A stretch of 58,485 nt of DNA, filler included, from Limisphaerales bacterium (GTDB lineage: Bacteria; Verrucomicrobiota; Verrucomicrobiia; Limisphaerales; SIBE01): assembly GCA_044225505.1 (NCBI GenBank). It is 3 parts of 2 records of this genome, joined end to end, with 100 filler letters (N's around TTAATTAATTAA, not from the genome) between each part and the next. Parts side by side here need not be neighbours in the genome. Positions count along the whole stretch, not along the records: positions 30,764 to 58,485 come from JBGAIN010000009.1; 2 more parts are not named here. One strand, 5' to 3'. The notes under the pieces are model-generated. The model did no database searches, was not told the DNA's origin, and saw nothing but the letters and a program-made list of their open reading frames with translations. Of this stretch, positions 58,396-58,485 are shown in pieces; within the stretch, counting starts at the first letter, position 1; each line of letters begins with the position of its first letter. Position numbers and translations under genes: made by a program.

Positions 58396-58485
58396 GCCCA
58401 ACAAGCCAGATGCAGTGAACCCGGCGATAGCGCTCTGGTTGACAATCGAGTGCTAGGCGCGCCGGGTCACTGATCTGGATCGTTA
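58396..58485 (+). mobile_element. attC site 7 (R' cut by window end)
   Basis: R'' GCCCAAC; CCAGAT(G)CAGTGA(A)CCCGGCG pairs with CGCCGGGTCACTGATCTGG; R' GTTA... Confidence 0.92.

Larger units (their letters stand above)
54588..58485 (+). mobile_element. Integron gene-cassette array, at least 7 cassettes, running off the window end
   Basis: Seven attC hairpins separating co-oriented short ORFs with minimal leaders. Confidence 0.93.

Noticed and set aside
55080..58485. Regularly recurring intergenic elements as a CRISPR array or rho-independent terminators
   Set aside because: The elements are imperfect 89-126 bp hairpins separated by whole genes, with AAC/GTT ends and no U-tracts; no cas genes. 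attC explains them.

Overview
GC-rich bacterial draft-genome window. The gene repertoire (prepilin/H-X9-DG proteins, HZS-alpha-like FGE protein, stand-alone DUF772 protein) suggests Verrucomicrobiota/PVC; this is inference. It consists of three contigs joined by artificial N-TTAATTAATTAA-N linkers (11973-12072, 30664-30763), so adjacency across the linkers means nothing. Contig 1 is an IclR-headed minus-strand operon that couples sugar catabolism (D-lyxose-isomerase-like cupin, DhaK/DhaL, LsrF) to secreted c-heme beta-propeller proteins resembling hydrazine synthase subunits. Contig 2 carries stress and regulatory genes, a GH31 glycosidase, a LysR/flavin-halogenase-like pair, a secreted TPR-CHAT protease divergent from an ECF sigma/anti-sigma pair, and partial ppk2. 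Contig 3 is a metal/redox/sulfur island (P1B-ATPase, tsaA, def, NifX-like proteins, sigma54 activator, cydAB, ABC exporter, CoA-disulfide reductase-rhodanese). It has two readable local regulons (sigma54 with paired enhancers, and an ECF-type TGTAAC-N15-GGCTC motif) and many deletion scars. The main result is at the right end: an integron that the ORF track does not show. It comprises a collapsed tyrosine-recombinase gene with its catalytic Tyr replaced (54160-54418), a symmetric bidirectional promoter, an attI-like site (G|TTCGCT at 54588) and seven gene cassettes, each closed by an attC hairpin whose R'' complements the preceding R'. Family assignments come from recognised motifs, not database searches.
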